64,000 nucleotides of DNA from Candidatus Moraniibacteriota bacterium (GTDB lineage Bacteria > Patescibacteriota > Minisyncoccia > Moranbacterales > UBA1568), in contig CAVURJ010000001.1 in assembly GCA_963743885.1 (NCBI GenBank), positions 438,321 to 502,320 on the forward strand, written 5' to 3'. Position 1 is the first letter of the stretch. Every line of letters starts with the position of its first letter. The notes beneath the pieces were generated by a model. The model was not told the DNA's origin. It saw only the letters and a program-made list of their open reading frames with translations, and made no database searches. Shown one piece after another: positions 39,041 through 48,384 of this stretch. A program made the translations under genes and the position numbers.

Positions 39041-40234
39041 TTACTTCAGTGGAAGATTGGCGTTTGGGTCGAGAGTGAGGTGCGTTTTCATGAGCGCTTC
39101 GCGTTCGGTATCGTTCATGCGATCGTAGCGGTAGGCGGCGGCGACGCCGATCATAGCGGCGTTGTCGAGCGAGTAGATGAATTCGGGTGTGAGGAACTGC
39201 GTGTCGGGGAAATCCCGGGTGATCATCGTCTGCAACCGTTCGCGCAGGCGCATGTTGGCCGAGACACCGCCGGCGATGACGAAGGTCTGGGCGCCATAGA
39301 GTGCGAGCGCTTTCCTCGTCTTTGCAACGAGCACATCGACGACCGCTTCCTGGAACTCGTGGCAGACCATATCGATGAAAGCGTCATCTTTTTTCTCTTC
39401 CTCGTGCTTCTTCAGGAAATACAATACGGAAGTCTTGAGTCCGGAAAATGAGAAGTCATAATTTTCCGCATCGATCATCGGACGGGGGAAAGTGATGATA
39501 GGAGATAAGGGATGAGTGATAAGTGATGAAGAAGTGCGAAACGTGTCGGCTCGTCGTGCGACGATGGGACCGCCTGGGTAATCCAGTCCGAGCATCTTGG
39601 CGACTTTGTCGAAGGCTTCGCCGGCCGCATCGTCCTGCGTCTCGCCGAGGAGTTCGTACTGGAAATGGTCCTGCATGAGCATGAGCTGTGTGTGTCCACC
39701 GGAAACAACGAGTGCAAGAAGCGGAAACGCTTCTCTTGATTTATGATTTATGATTGATGATTTATGAATGGTTTCGGAATTTGGGATTTGATCATTGCCC
39801 GCCTGCCGGCGAGGCAGGGAATTTATTTGGCTATTTGGGTTTTGAGTTTTGGAATTTACGCTAACGAAGTTAGCGTAAATGTGTCCTTCGAGATGGTTGA
39901 TCCCAATCAAAGGCTTCTTCCAGGCGAGAGCGAGCGTCCGTGCGGCCGAGACGCCGATGATGAGCGCCGGCATGAGGCCTGGGCCTTCAGTGACAGCGAT
40001 CAGGTCGATATCGTCAGGTGTCATCTCCGCGCGCTCGAGCGTCTCCTCAATGACGGGGACGATGTTCTTGATATGTTCGCGCGAAGCGAGGTCAGGTACG
40101 ACGCCTCCCCATTTCGCATGGAGCGAGGCTTGGGAAGAGACGACGTTCGCGATCACGGACGCAGCACCATCCGTCCACTTGATTACAGCGGCCGCGGTTT
40201 CGTCACAAGATGTCTCGATAGAGAGGATGTTCAT
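39041..40234 (-). CDS. tsaD: tRNA N6-threonylcarbamoyltransferase with low-complexity insertions
   Basis: IETSCDET, GGVVP, HLEGH, VSGGHT, DDAAGEAFDK, FSFSGLKT, DNAAMIG. Confidence 0.96.
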   Translation of the reverse strand: MNILSIETSCDETAAAVIKWTDGAASVIANVVSSQASLHAKWGGVVPDLASREHIKNIVPVIEETLERAEMTPDDIDLIAVTEGPGLMPALIIGVSAARTLALAWKKPLIGINHLEGHIYANFVSVNSKTQNPNSQINSLPRRQAGNDQIPNSETIHKSSIINHKSREAFPLLALVVSGGHTQLMLMQDHFQYELLGETQDDAAGEAFDKVAKMLGLDYPGGPIVARRADTFRTSSSLITHPLSPIITFPRPMIDAENYDFSFSGLKTSVLYFLKKHEEEKKDDAFIDMVCHEFQEAVVDVLVAKTRKALALYGAQTFVIAGGVSANMRLRERLQTMITRDFPDTQFLTPEFIYSLDNAAMIGVAAAYRYDRMNDTEREALMKTHLTLDPNANLPLK

Positions 40235-40314
40235 GCTAGTACTCTACCGACCAGAGCGGGAAATGGCAAGAAACACCCCGTGGAGAGGTGTTTCCTAGAG
40301 GGACCGCGGTGGCC

Positions 40315-40563
40315 TTAGCGGAGAAGCTTGACGATCCAGATGAGGACGACAGCGCCGACCAAGGCGACGATAAAGCTTCCGATGTTAAAGCCAGTGACGC
40401 TGCCACCGATGCCGAGGAGACTGAAAATCCAGCTGCCGAGTGCGGCGCCGATGATGCCGACGACGATGTTGAGGAAGATGCCTTGTTGGCCATCAGTCCC
40501 CATGATCATCGAGGCGACCCAGCCGACGATGCCTCCAAAAACGATGTAGATGAGAAGACTCAT
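40315..40563 (-). CDS. GlsB/YeaQ/YmgE family membrane protein
   Basis: GGIVGWVAS...NIVVGIIGA...ALVGAVVLIWI. Confidence 0.9.
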   Translation of the reverse strand: MSLLIYIVFGGIVGWVASMIMGTDGQQGIFLNIVVGIIGAALGSWIFSLLGIGGSVTGFNIGSFIVALVGAVVLIWIVKLLR

Positions 40564-40581
40564 AAGAGTGTGTGTTACGAA

Positions 40582-40938
40582 TTACTGATCTTGACGATCA
40601 AGTTTTGCTGCAGCCTCCGGAGTGGAGACTGTTTTCCCCATCATGAGCAGCTTGATGATGCCCCAGGCGACGACGTAGTAGACGAACAGAGCGAGGATCG
40701 TGGTCCATTCGAAGACGCTGCCTTGTGCCCGAGACGTCTGGAACACGGCGACGAACGGCGCGACTAGCGGCGCAGTCACCATGTAGATGAAATCGGTAAA
40801 ACCGGCACCAGTGTTGGCGCCGAGAAGTTTCAAGACGAGACGGAAAGCGAGCAAGACTTCGACGAGACCGAGGATATACCAGACGATCTGCGTGCCACGA
40901 TAGAGAGGCTGTGTGCTACCGGATGATTGAGCATCCAT
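40582..40938 (-). CDS. YggT-family membrane protein
   Basis: RLVLKLLGAN...FIYMVTAPLVAPF. Confidence 0.8.
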   Translation of the reverse strand: MDAQSSGSTQPLYRGTQIVWYILGLVEVLLAFRLVLKLLGANTGAGFTDFIYMVTAPLVAPFVAVFQTSRAQGSVFEWTTILALFVYYVVAWGIIKLLMMGKTVSTPEAAAKLDRQDQ

Positions 40939-41244
40939 AGAGTTAAAATTAATAATTACAGGCGTTGTTCCGAAGAACGAGGTAGAACCATACGCGTATG
41001 TAATTATTACCAAACGTAGCGAGCGAAATGAGAGTTTGCTTTCATTTCCGAGCGCAGTGCTGGTAAAATCGGGCCAATACCTCGCGGTTTACCGCTGAGG
41101 GATTGAGTCCAGGGCTGGCCCTGGGTTTAATGCCCGTTATCAATTTTCACTCTTCCTATCGTTGCTATCTTTACTTTCAGTATACTCTCTTTGGCTTGGA
41201 ATAGCGAATGAACTATATTCGCTGATTAGAGGGGAAAATGGTGA

Positions 41245-41515
41245 GAAAAAATAGAAAGGGGAGTCACCGGATGTTGTCCGATAACTCCCCACCGTACTGC
41301 ACAGACCACAATCGCACACAGCGCTTTTTCCACGGATATTTTTTGGAATCGGCAGTTTTCAATCGTAGGGGATCCTATTTCAAGGGCGGCTCCACACTGC
41401 CCGGAAGCAGGTTTCATAGCCTCGGACCTATCCAGTGCACCTGCGATCTAGTGTTTGACCAGCCACGGAGAGTCGAACTCCGCGTGTTGCCCACAACTGT
41501 TGTTTTGGTCTGCAG
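41245..41515 (-). ncRNA. Candidate structured ncRNA, possibly 6S RNA
   Basis: TTGACA-17-TAACAT promoter (41549-41521); 5' gcagacca pairs with 3' tggtctgt; intrinsic terminator 41258-41290; no convincing ORF. Confidence 0.45.
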
Positions 41516-41683
41516 GGGAGATGTTAGGATAGAAGTCATTCCTTGTCAATCAGCTACTTGCTTTTCGGCGGATTCCTGCTATAATGCCTCCGCAGATGAC
41601 TTCTGCTTTTTTCTTTGTTTCAGCTCCATATCTTCACTTGGTTTTTGTGATTTGGAGATTGTAACTTGCGCGTCGCGCGCCAT

Positions 41684-41755
41684 GGCCCCATCGTCTATCG
41701 GTTAGGACAGCGGCTTTTCAAGCCGTTAAGAGGGGTTCGACTCCCCTTGGGGCTA
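41684..41755 (+). tRNA. tRNA-Glu(UUC)
   Basis: gcggc-ttTTCaa-gccgt arm; cloverleaf. Confidence 0.93.
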
Positions 41756-41972
41756 CATGTACCAACAAAAAGCACTCTCGTTCAGAGGGTGTTTTTTTGT
41801 TGGTATTTCTATCCAAGGGGAGTCGAACGGGCAGGAGTGAGCCCTTTCGCGAAGGCGAAACTGGCGAGTGTCGACGGATGCGCGCGAGCAAGCATTCGGC
41901 GCTGCCCAGGGCAACGAAGTCGTCAGCAGACGACGAGGCGGAACTCCCCTTGGCCGAAGTCCAATCTTGATG

Positions 41973-42524
41973 TTATCTGATATCGGAAAGGCAGTTACTA
42001 AACTTTTCTGCATTAAAAGTATAGAATCCGATTGTTAAAATTTCTTTGTCGGTATCAATTGTATGAATATAAAGTCTGTCGTGCAGTAAGAGTGGATAAT
42101 CAGAATTGTTAAGTGTGATCATGAAAAGACTACCATGATATTTTTTTAGATAAGCGGAAATATAACAATCTACCCGACTGACTTGCTTGAGTTGTTTGTT
42201 TGAATATATATTTGATATTTCGATAGCACCTTCAAGGATGTTGCTATCGATTGGCATCGTAAATCCAGAAAGCGCATCAAGAAAATTTGTTTTCGTTTCT
42301 ATTTGAGATTTTGTCTGACATCCTCTCAAGAATTCAAACTTTATAAATTCATTGATTATTGGAACGCAATTGAAATCTTGAAGCAAAGAAAAGAGCCCAT
42401 CAAAATGTTGAGTATCAACGTATTGATGAGCTTTTGCTATAAAGCAAGTATCAAGCAGAACATGTTTGCGATCGATCGCTTCTCCTAATTGTTCCCTGGT
42501 CATCATAACAGGAATGATGTTCAT
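41973..42524 (-). CDS. PIN-domain protein
   Basis: VLLDTC, EFLRG, DCYI, ITLNxxD; AT-rich. Confidence 0.75.
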   Translation of the reverse strand: MNIIPVMMTREQLGEAIDRKHVLLDTCFIAKAHQYVDTQHFDGLFSLLQDFNCVPIINEFIKFEFLRGCQTKSQIETKTNFLDALSGFTMPIDSNILEGAIEISNIYSNKQLKQVSRVDCYISAYLKKYHGSLFMITLNNSDYPLLLHDRLYIHTIDTDKEILTIGFYTFNAEKFSNCLSDIR

Positions 42525-42660
42525 TACGACCTATTGCTTCGGCATCAGCAACGTTAATGGCTCTTGCCAATGTTCGTAAGTGATCAAGATCCCATGTATA
42601 AGACGAGGCCTTACTTTTTGTCGGGGCCTGTTTTTTCTGTGGCTGATGAGAGTTTTCCAT
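42451..42660 (-). CDS. Small protein upstream of and overlapping the PIN gene, possible antitoxin
   Basis: Position and size only. Confidence 0.35.
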   Translation of the reverse strand: MENSHQPQKKQAPTKSKASSYTWDLDHLRTLARAINVADAEAIGRNEHHSCYDDQGTIRRSDRSQTCSA

Positions 42661-42821
42661 AAACCTTTCTTTCTTCAAGAATAGCACAAATTATTCCTCC
42701 ATTCCACTTTTCTCCGCTACCGTGCCGTACGTGAGCGCGCTCCGCCGGATGATGTAGCTTGACTTTCCCATTACCAGAGCGTAAGCTGGGATTTCCTTTT
42801 TCCTTACCAACGAGGTGCGAG

Positions 42822-43187
42822 ATGAAAGAAAGCGAAGGAGTGCCGGTCTTTTCGATTCCTCTAGCTCTTTGGCTAGGGTGTTGTCCGGATGGGAGCCATT
42901 ACCGTCCTGTCGAAAATGGGGACTTGCGGGTAGGGCAGAGGATCCTGAAGGTGGAGATACCGCTCAATACGAACGTTTCGGGATCGATGGGGAATCACCC
43001 GGATGTCCTGACCGTCGCCAAGGTGGCCGAGTATGACCAGGAAGTGGTCTGTAGGGGCACCGATGGCGAGGAGACTTTTCCGATCGCCCGGATGATTGCT
43101 GGGAACATCGTATTCTTCGAACATCCGCTTTGGGGGTCGAAGTGGCGGAGAGGTATCGTCGGGACCGCCTTCATCGTCGAGCGCTGA
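42822..43187 (+). CDS. Hypothetical protein
   Basis: GAGG RBS; followed by the conserved terminator module. Confidence 0.55.
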   Translation: MKESEGVPVFSIPLALWLGCCPDGSHYRPVENGDLRVGQRILKVEIPLNTNVSGSMGNHPDVLTVAKVAEYDQEVVCRGTDGEETFPIARMIAGNIVFFEHPLWGSKWRRGIVGTAFIVER

Positions 43188-43201
43188 TCAACGCATCGTC
43201 C

Positions 43202-43359
43202 AGCAGGGTTTCGGAATCATCCGGACCCTGTTTTTTTGTCCAAAAGAAGCCATTTTTTGACTCTGGACAAAAGCATGAAAAAGTGCTATACTGCACGGTC
43301 AAGTGAGATTGTACTCGCTGACAAGTTCCCCGAAGCCAACCTACAGGAGGTTTGTCATG
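43202..43359 (+). repeat. Terminator-promoter-leader-RBS module, copy 1 of 3
   Basis: Similar to 45149-45304 and, in part, to 45783-45870. Confidence 0.85.
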
Positions 43360-43641
43360 AAAACGTTTCAGTCTCAGCCGTCTTTGGTCCGGATCATCTT
43401 TGGTGTCCTCTTCGCTATCATCGGTATCTGCGCCATCATGACGAGCATTAGTCTGGAAGCGACGGCTCTCCTCATCTGGGAGATCCTGGAACCGACGACT
43501 ATTTACAATGCTCGCCAGCTGGCAGAGGACAAGGCATTCGCGACAAGCTATGCCATCGCAGGCGGCTTTCTGTTTCTGATCAGCCTCTTTGCTGGTTACA
43601 TCGCTTACCGCCTGCTCAAGACCAACAAAAAGAGCGGGTAG
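43357..43641 (+). CDS. Small two-TM membrane protein
   Basis: AGGAGG RBS; two hydrophobic segments. Confidence 0.65.
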   Translation: MKTFQSQPSLVRIIFGVLFAIIGICAIMTSISLEATALLIWEILEPTTIYNARQLAEDKAFATSYAIAGGFLFLISLFAGYIAYRLLKTNKKSG

Positions 43642-43745
43642 CGCCAGAGCAGCCGCGTCTGTTCGTCGGGCCTCATCGTAACCACGGTGGGGCTTTTTTG
43701 TTTTTTATGGTGTATAATAAAAAGGTAATTTGTAGCCTTTATAGT

Positions 43746-43856
43746 ATGGATACTAGTCAGCCTCAAGCGGATAAAATCAAAGCAGAGGTAGATGAAATCT
43801 TAGTGGAACTCGATCAAGAGTTGAAAGAGTTGGATGAAAAAGAAGGGAATAATTAA
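43746..43856 (+). CDS. 36-aa acidic helical peptide
   Basis: MDTSQPQADKIKAEVDEILVELDQELKELDEKEGNN after a TATAAT box. Confidence 0.4.
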   Translation: MDTSQPQADKIKAEVDEILVELDQELKELDEKEGNN

Positions 43857-43868
43857 CCATATATTGTT

Positions 43869-44441
43869 ATGGGATTCGAATCATTTCCACAACCAACGCC
43901 GAAAAGCGAGCAAGAGAAGAAACGTGGAGGGCTTTCCGATGAAGAGCGCGACAAGATTTTTATAGATGTTCGGGCAAGCGAAGAAAGAAGAGCGCGATCA
44001 GGCAAGCCTCTCTCATCTGAACGAGCAGATTTGTTCAGCCGTTTTTCGGAAAAGCTGAGAGGAAAAGCGGCTGCATACGCTGCGGCTTTCGCATTGGCTG
44101 GGGCGGGAGTGGCCTATGGTATTTCCCAGTACGAAAGTGGGGATACGGAAAAGGTTGATGGCGGACAAACAGCAGAGCAGGTAGTCAAGGATCTGCAGCA
44201 GCAAGACGCTCAATCGGGCTTGGAGAGTGAAGCTCCGGAACAGAAATGGCGCCGACATTTCGGAGCTATGAGCGATAGTCAACCAGAAGAGGTAAGACTA
44301 TATCACTTGGAACAAGCGAAAGCAGCCGCCAATGACATGGTTGCGATTGAAAAGGCCGATGGAGATAATGCTCTTTTGGCTATTAGGTCTTATGAGCGAA
44401 TGCATGATCTTGAGAGGAAGATGAAAGGCGTTACAGAGTAG
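43869..44441 (+). CDS. Hypothetical protein with one TM
   Basis: 190-aa ORF. Confidence 0.65.
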   Translation: MGFESFPQPTPKSEQEKKRGGLSDEERDKIFIDVRASEERRARSGKPLSSERADLFSRFSEKLRGKAAAYAAAFALAGAGVAYGISQYESGDTEKVDGGQTAEQVVKDLQQQDAQSGLESEAPEQKWRRHFGAMSDSQPEEVRLYHLEQAKAAANDMVAIEKADGDNALLAIRSYERMHDLERKMKGVTE

Positions 44442-44458
44442 CATTTTTACTTTTTTCT

Positions 44459-45094
44459 ATGAGCTTTGAAACACCTTCAATATCGGTTCAGGACAATAAG
44501 GGGAAAGAAAAGAAAAAGCAATTGAGTGGCGCTGTGGCCGGGGCTCTGCTTTCTGTGGGAATGATGGCTGGTCAGGCTGTTGAAGCGCAGGCAGCTCCAG
44601 ATCAGGAAAGACATGAGCAAATGGAGCAGGTTGCCTCTGGCGTGCTCTCACACAGTAATGAAGCATTTATTGTGGCTTTGAAAAAGGGAAGTTCTCTGCT
44701 TCAAACGGAGTTCCAAAAGGGAATGCAGGATAGAGGAAGCTATTCTTGCGATGATGTCACCATCCAGGTAGGAGGCGAGGCGTTCACTTGCCAAAGCATG
44801 AAGCTATCGAGCAGTTGCGGTGTCCCTTATGGCGAAGTCAAGATAGAAAAAGGGGAGAGGATGATTATTCTCTCTTTCTATAAGCCCGGGCCATGCAAAA
44901 ACGGAGCGATACCGGAGGATATCGAAGGGAAAAAGGCGTTTCATTACTACATGGATTCGAAGTATGAAGAAGTCCGTGGGCCAATCGCTTGGAGTTGGGA
45001 TGTGAATGGCGTTAAGAAGCTTGCTGGAGCGGAAGGAGTTTTTCCTCTCGACGGTGTCCAATTGAAGGGGGTACTGGAGAAATATGGAAAATAA
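44459..45094 (+). CDS. Exported hypothetical protein
   Basis: 211 aa; signal-like segment; four Cys. Confidence 0.65.
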   Translation: MSFETPSISVQDNKGKEKKKQLSGAVAGALLSVGMMAGQAVEAQAAPDQERHEQMEQVASGVLSHSNEAFIVALKKGSSLLQTEFQKGMQDRGSYSCDDVTIQVGGEAFTCQSMKLSSSCGVPYGEVKIEKGERMIILSFYKPGPCKNGAIPEDIEGKKAFHYYMDSKYEEVRGPIAWSWDVNGVKKLAGAEGVFPLDGVQLKGVLEKYGK

Positions 45095-45148
45095 CCGGCG
45101 TGAACTTTAAAGTAAGTCTCTGGTCTGATCCATATTTGATTGCGCTGG

Positions 45149-45304
45149 AGCAGGGTTTCGGAATCATCCGGACCCTGTTTTTTTATCTTGAAGAAGCCAT
45201 CTTTCGACCCTGGACAAAACAGGAAAAGTATGCTATACTGTACGGTCAGGTGAGATTGTACTCGCTGACAAGTTTTGAAGTCAACCTACAGGAGGTTCAC
45301 CATG
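45149..45304 (+). repeat. Terminator-promoter-leader-RBS module, copy 2
   Basis: agcagggtttcggaatcatccggaccctgtttt...tggacaaaa...tgctatactg...gtgagattgtactcgctgacaagtt...acctacaggaggtt. Confidence 0.85.
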
Positions 45305-45688
45305 AAGTCCTTTTTCATCGCAGTTGCCATGTTGTTTGCCGCCTCCGTCGTGAATGCCGAACCTGCAAAGCCGGCCTATTGTTCCGGTAGCGCGTCGATC
45401 CTCAAGTCGGTGATCGACAAGGCTGGCGATTACAACATCGATGACGGCACGCATCAGCGCGAATACATCGCTCTTTGCGAGAAGGCGACGGCCAAGTTGC
45501 CGGTTGCCCAGCAGAAGGCTGTGTACGATGCAGTCACCAGCAAGAAGGTGCGGTTCCAGAATCCGTTCAAGGACGAGATCATGAAGTATCTCGACGTGTT
45601 TACCACGCTGCACAACGCTTGCCTTCCGTGTGGCGGCGGTTATCCGTGCTATGCGCCGGTGACCATCATCGAGAAGGTGAAACCCTGA
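45302..45688 (+). CDS. Secreted Cys-containing hypothetical protein
   Basis: Signal peptide MKSFFIAVAMLFAASVVNA; AGGAGG RBS. Confidence 0.7.
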   Translation: MKSFFIAVAMLFAASVVNAEPAKPAYCSGSASILKSVIDKAGDYNIDDGTHQREYIALCEKATAKLPVAQQKAVYDAVTSKKVRFQNPFKDEIMKYLDVFTTLHNACLPCGGGYPCYAPVTIIEKVKP

Positions 45689-45911
45689 TTTCGCCAAGGC
45701 CGCTCCAACATGAGCTATTACGACCTGCCTAACAAGAGGTCGTTTTTCTTTTTTTCAAAACTATACCTCTAGCACGTTATCGAGCAGGGCTTCGGAAGTT
45801 TCCGGACCCTGTTTTTTTGTCCAAAAGACGCCATCTTTCGACCCTGGACAAAACGTCAGAAATATGCTATCATATAGGGTCCAATTCGGACGTTCTCAAC
45901 AGGAGAATCTC

Positions 45912-46112
45912 GTGGTAACACGTGTCAGGAAGGTTTCTGGTTCTTCGCGGCAACTCGCGGAATCGCCCTCCGAAGGTACCTACCGAGGTTTCGGAACGGT
46001 TCCCGGCGAGACCATCGATCAATTCCATGATCGGATGTTCGACATCAATCCGCTCGAGGCGATGATGTACGAACTCGAAGTGGGACTTGAACAATCCCTG
46101 CGCACCAACTAA
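45912..46112 (+). CDS. Small hypothetical protein (GTG start)
   Basis: AGGAG RBS; lies between module copy 3 and a repeated terminator. Confidence 0.5.
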   Translation: MVTRVRKVSGSSRQLAESPSEGTYRGFGTVPGETIDQFHDRMFDINPLEAMMYELEVGLEQSLRTN

Positions 46113-46182
46113 ACGCCAAGGCTGCTCCAACAGGAGCTACAACGACCCGCCTAACAAGAGGTCGTTTTTCTTTTGCGAATTT

Positions 46183-47433
46183 TTATACTTCCAGCGTATT
46201 GGTCTCCGCTACCTTCCCATACTCGAACGCACTCGGGCGGATGGTACGGGTTTGGGTAGCGTAGTCGACATGGACGAGACCGAAGCGGAGCCAGAATCCA
46301 TGGGCGAGTTCGAGATTGTCAAGGAGTGACCAGTAGAAGTAACCACGCACGTCGACCCCGGCCTCTATGGCGCGGTGGAGGGCGGTGAGTGCTTCGGGGA
46401 TGAAACGCTGTCGCATCTCATCGGACGCGTCCGCGATGCCGTTTTCTGTGATGTAGATCGGTTTGCCGTAGCGGGTGAGCTCGACTAGGGCATGATAAAG
46501 CGACTCGGGATGATACTCCCAGCCGAAGTCGGTCTGTTCTTTGTTCGGATTTTTGTTGAAGCCGTTGTCGATGACATTTCTATTGTAGTGATTGAGGCCG
46601 ATGAAGTCCTGGTGGTCCTTGATGCGGTTGATGAAGAATGAATTCCAGCCCCAGTCGGCGAGCGCCTTGAGAAGATGATTGATGAAGGTTGGTCGGGCCA
46701 TTTCGAAGTAGATCTGATGTTTGGCGATGCCGACCTGCGCTCCTGGGAAACGCTGTTTGATGGCTGTGTAGGCGAGACGATGGGCAGCGGCGAGACGGAA
46801 GAGCGAGAGGAGAAAGAGCCGCGGGCATTTCTCCTGTGGCGGCCAGGCACCCTTGAGGTAGGCATATCCAGCATGAATATCTGGTTCATTGAGCGTAACC
46901 CAGAAGGTGACTTCGAATCCGAATTCCTCAGCCATTTTTTTTGCGTATCGTGCAAAGTATTCTGGGAATTTTTTTGATGTGATACCTCCTTCTTTTGCGA
47001 GCCATTGTGGGATATAGAAGTGAAGTAGCGTGACGAATGGTTCCATACCGTGTTCACGGAGTGCATGGATCACTTCGCGATAATGCTCTATTTCTTTCTC
47101 ATCCCATTTGCCTTCTTCTGGTTCTATCCGAGACCACTCGATGGAGAAACGATGGGCGTTGTGATGAAGTTTTTTTGCAATGTCAAAATCCTCACGGAAG
47201 CGGTTATAGTGATCGCATGCAATGCCGGCGATGTAGTTTTTCGGATTGGTAGCCTCTTGCTCGAATTTTTTCCAATTTGGGTTCCACCAAAAAATATTCT
47301 TGGAGTTTTTTGCGCGCGCATCTGCCGTCCGGGGTTCCCACTCACCCCAGTCGTTTTTTGTATTGCCTTCGACTTGGTGAGATGAGGTGCCAGCGCCCCA
47401 GTAGAAGTTTTTCGGAAAGTTGAGCTGGGACAT
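46183..47433 (-). CDS. Glycoside hydrolase family 1 (beta-glucosidase-like)
   Basis: FPKNFYWG, HQVEG, RFSIEWSRI, NEP and ITENG catalytic motifs, WSLLDN. Confidence 0.95.
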   Translation of the reverse strand: MSQLNFPKNFYWGAGTSSHQVEGNTKNDWGEWEPRTADARAKNSKNIFWWNPNWKKFEQEATNPKNYIAGIACDHYNRFREDFDIAKKLHHNAHRFSIEWSRIEPEEGKWDEKEIEHYREVIHALREHGMEPFVTLLHFYIPQWLAKEGGITSKKFPEYFARYAKKMAEEFGFEVTFWVTLNEPDIHAGYAYLKGAWPPQEKCPRLFLLSLFRLAAAHRLAYTAIKQRFPGAQVGIAKHQIYFEMARPTFINHLLKALADWGWNSFFINRIKDHQDFIGLNHYNRNVIDNGFNKNPNKEQTDFGWEYHPESLYHALVELTRYGKPIYITENGIADASDEMRQRFIPEALTALHRAIEAGVDVRGYFYWSLLDNLELAHGFWLRFGLVHVDYATQTRTIRPSAFEYGKVAETNTLEV

Positions 47434-47591
47434 AGAGCGGGGGAGATAAGTGATAAGAGATGAGTGATGTAAGAAAAAGCAGGATACGAATCCTGACTGG
47501 ATTGTAGCGCACTCCAAACAAAAAGAAAAAAGCCTTGCGCGGATATTGCCGCAAGGCTTTCTTAGGGGTCCTGGGATCAGGACGGGGGTAG

Positions 47592-48050
47592 CTAAGAGAG
47601 ACTGATTTCCTTCAGCTTCTGTCGAATGGCCTCGGCGAGCTTGCTGTCGTCGATGCCGCCGCCCTTGGCTGGATAGTGCTTCTTGAGGTAATCCCACATG
47701 TCGTTGCCGTCGTGGATTTGCAGTGGGTCCTCGTCGCTCGCGAGCAGATGGAGCATGAATGGCAGCATGCCGGCATGGATACCGGCGGAAGCCGTGAGGT
47801 GCATCGCGAGTACTGATAGCCACATATGGTCACGAATCGAGCTGACCACCAGGGATTCGAAGTTCGGTGGCACCTTCTTCAGCCGTTGGTGACTGGCGCA
47901 GCGGCCCCTCTTGTAGTAGGCACATCCGGTGGTGCAAGGAAGGATACACGGCAAGCAAAGATCAGACTTGTGTATCGGAGGAACTGGGTCGTGATTGTTC
48001 TGCTGGAGTAGGCAGTGTTCTATTGCGGATGCAAAAACGGAAGTTATCAT
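47592..48050 (-). CDS. Hypothetical Cys-cluster protein
   Basis: GAGGAG RBS; TTGACA-17-CATAAT promoter; CLPCILPCTTGC. Confidence 0.6.
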   Translation of the reverse strand: MITSVFASAIEHCLLQQNNHDPVPPIHKSDLCLPCILPCTTGCAYYKRGRCASHQRLKKVPPNFESLVVSSIRDHMWLSVLAMHLTASAGIHAGMLPFMLHLLASDEDPLQIHDGNDMWDYLKKHYPAKGGGIDDSKLAEAIRQKLKEISLS

Positions 48051-48384
48051 GAAACCTCTCCTCGAAGTTGAGAAAATCGATCTGTTGTTAAGCCTGTCGA
48101 GGGGTATTTCCACATGACCGTATATTATGCATTAAAAAATATGTACTGTCAATGATATTTGATAAGAAAATTGACTTTTTCCCTTAAATAGGGTATTTTT
48201 GCAGTGGTATACTAGAAAAAAATACAGGATACAAAGCCCGAAACCTGGATCCCGGGTCCCTCCAAAGGCGGGCAGGCAATCCCAGGATGATATCGGAGGT
48301 GTTGGTTTGTGTTTTGAAAATTGAGTTTTGAGTTTTGCTTGGTTTTTGTGATTTGTAAGTTGTGTTTTCTCTGTCTGCAGAGCT

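Noticed and set aside
41460-41490. tRNA or tmRNA suggested by the T-arm-like hairpin
   Set aside because: No acceptor stem, CCA end or tag reading frame could be built
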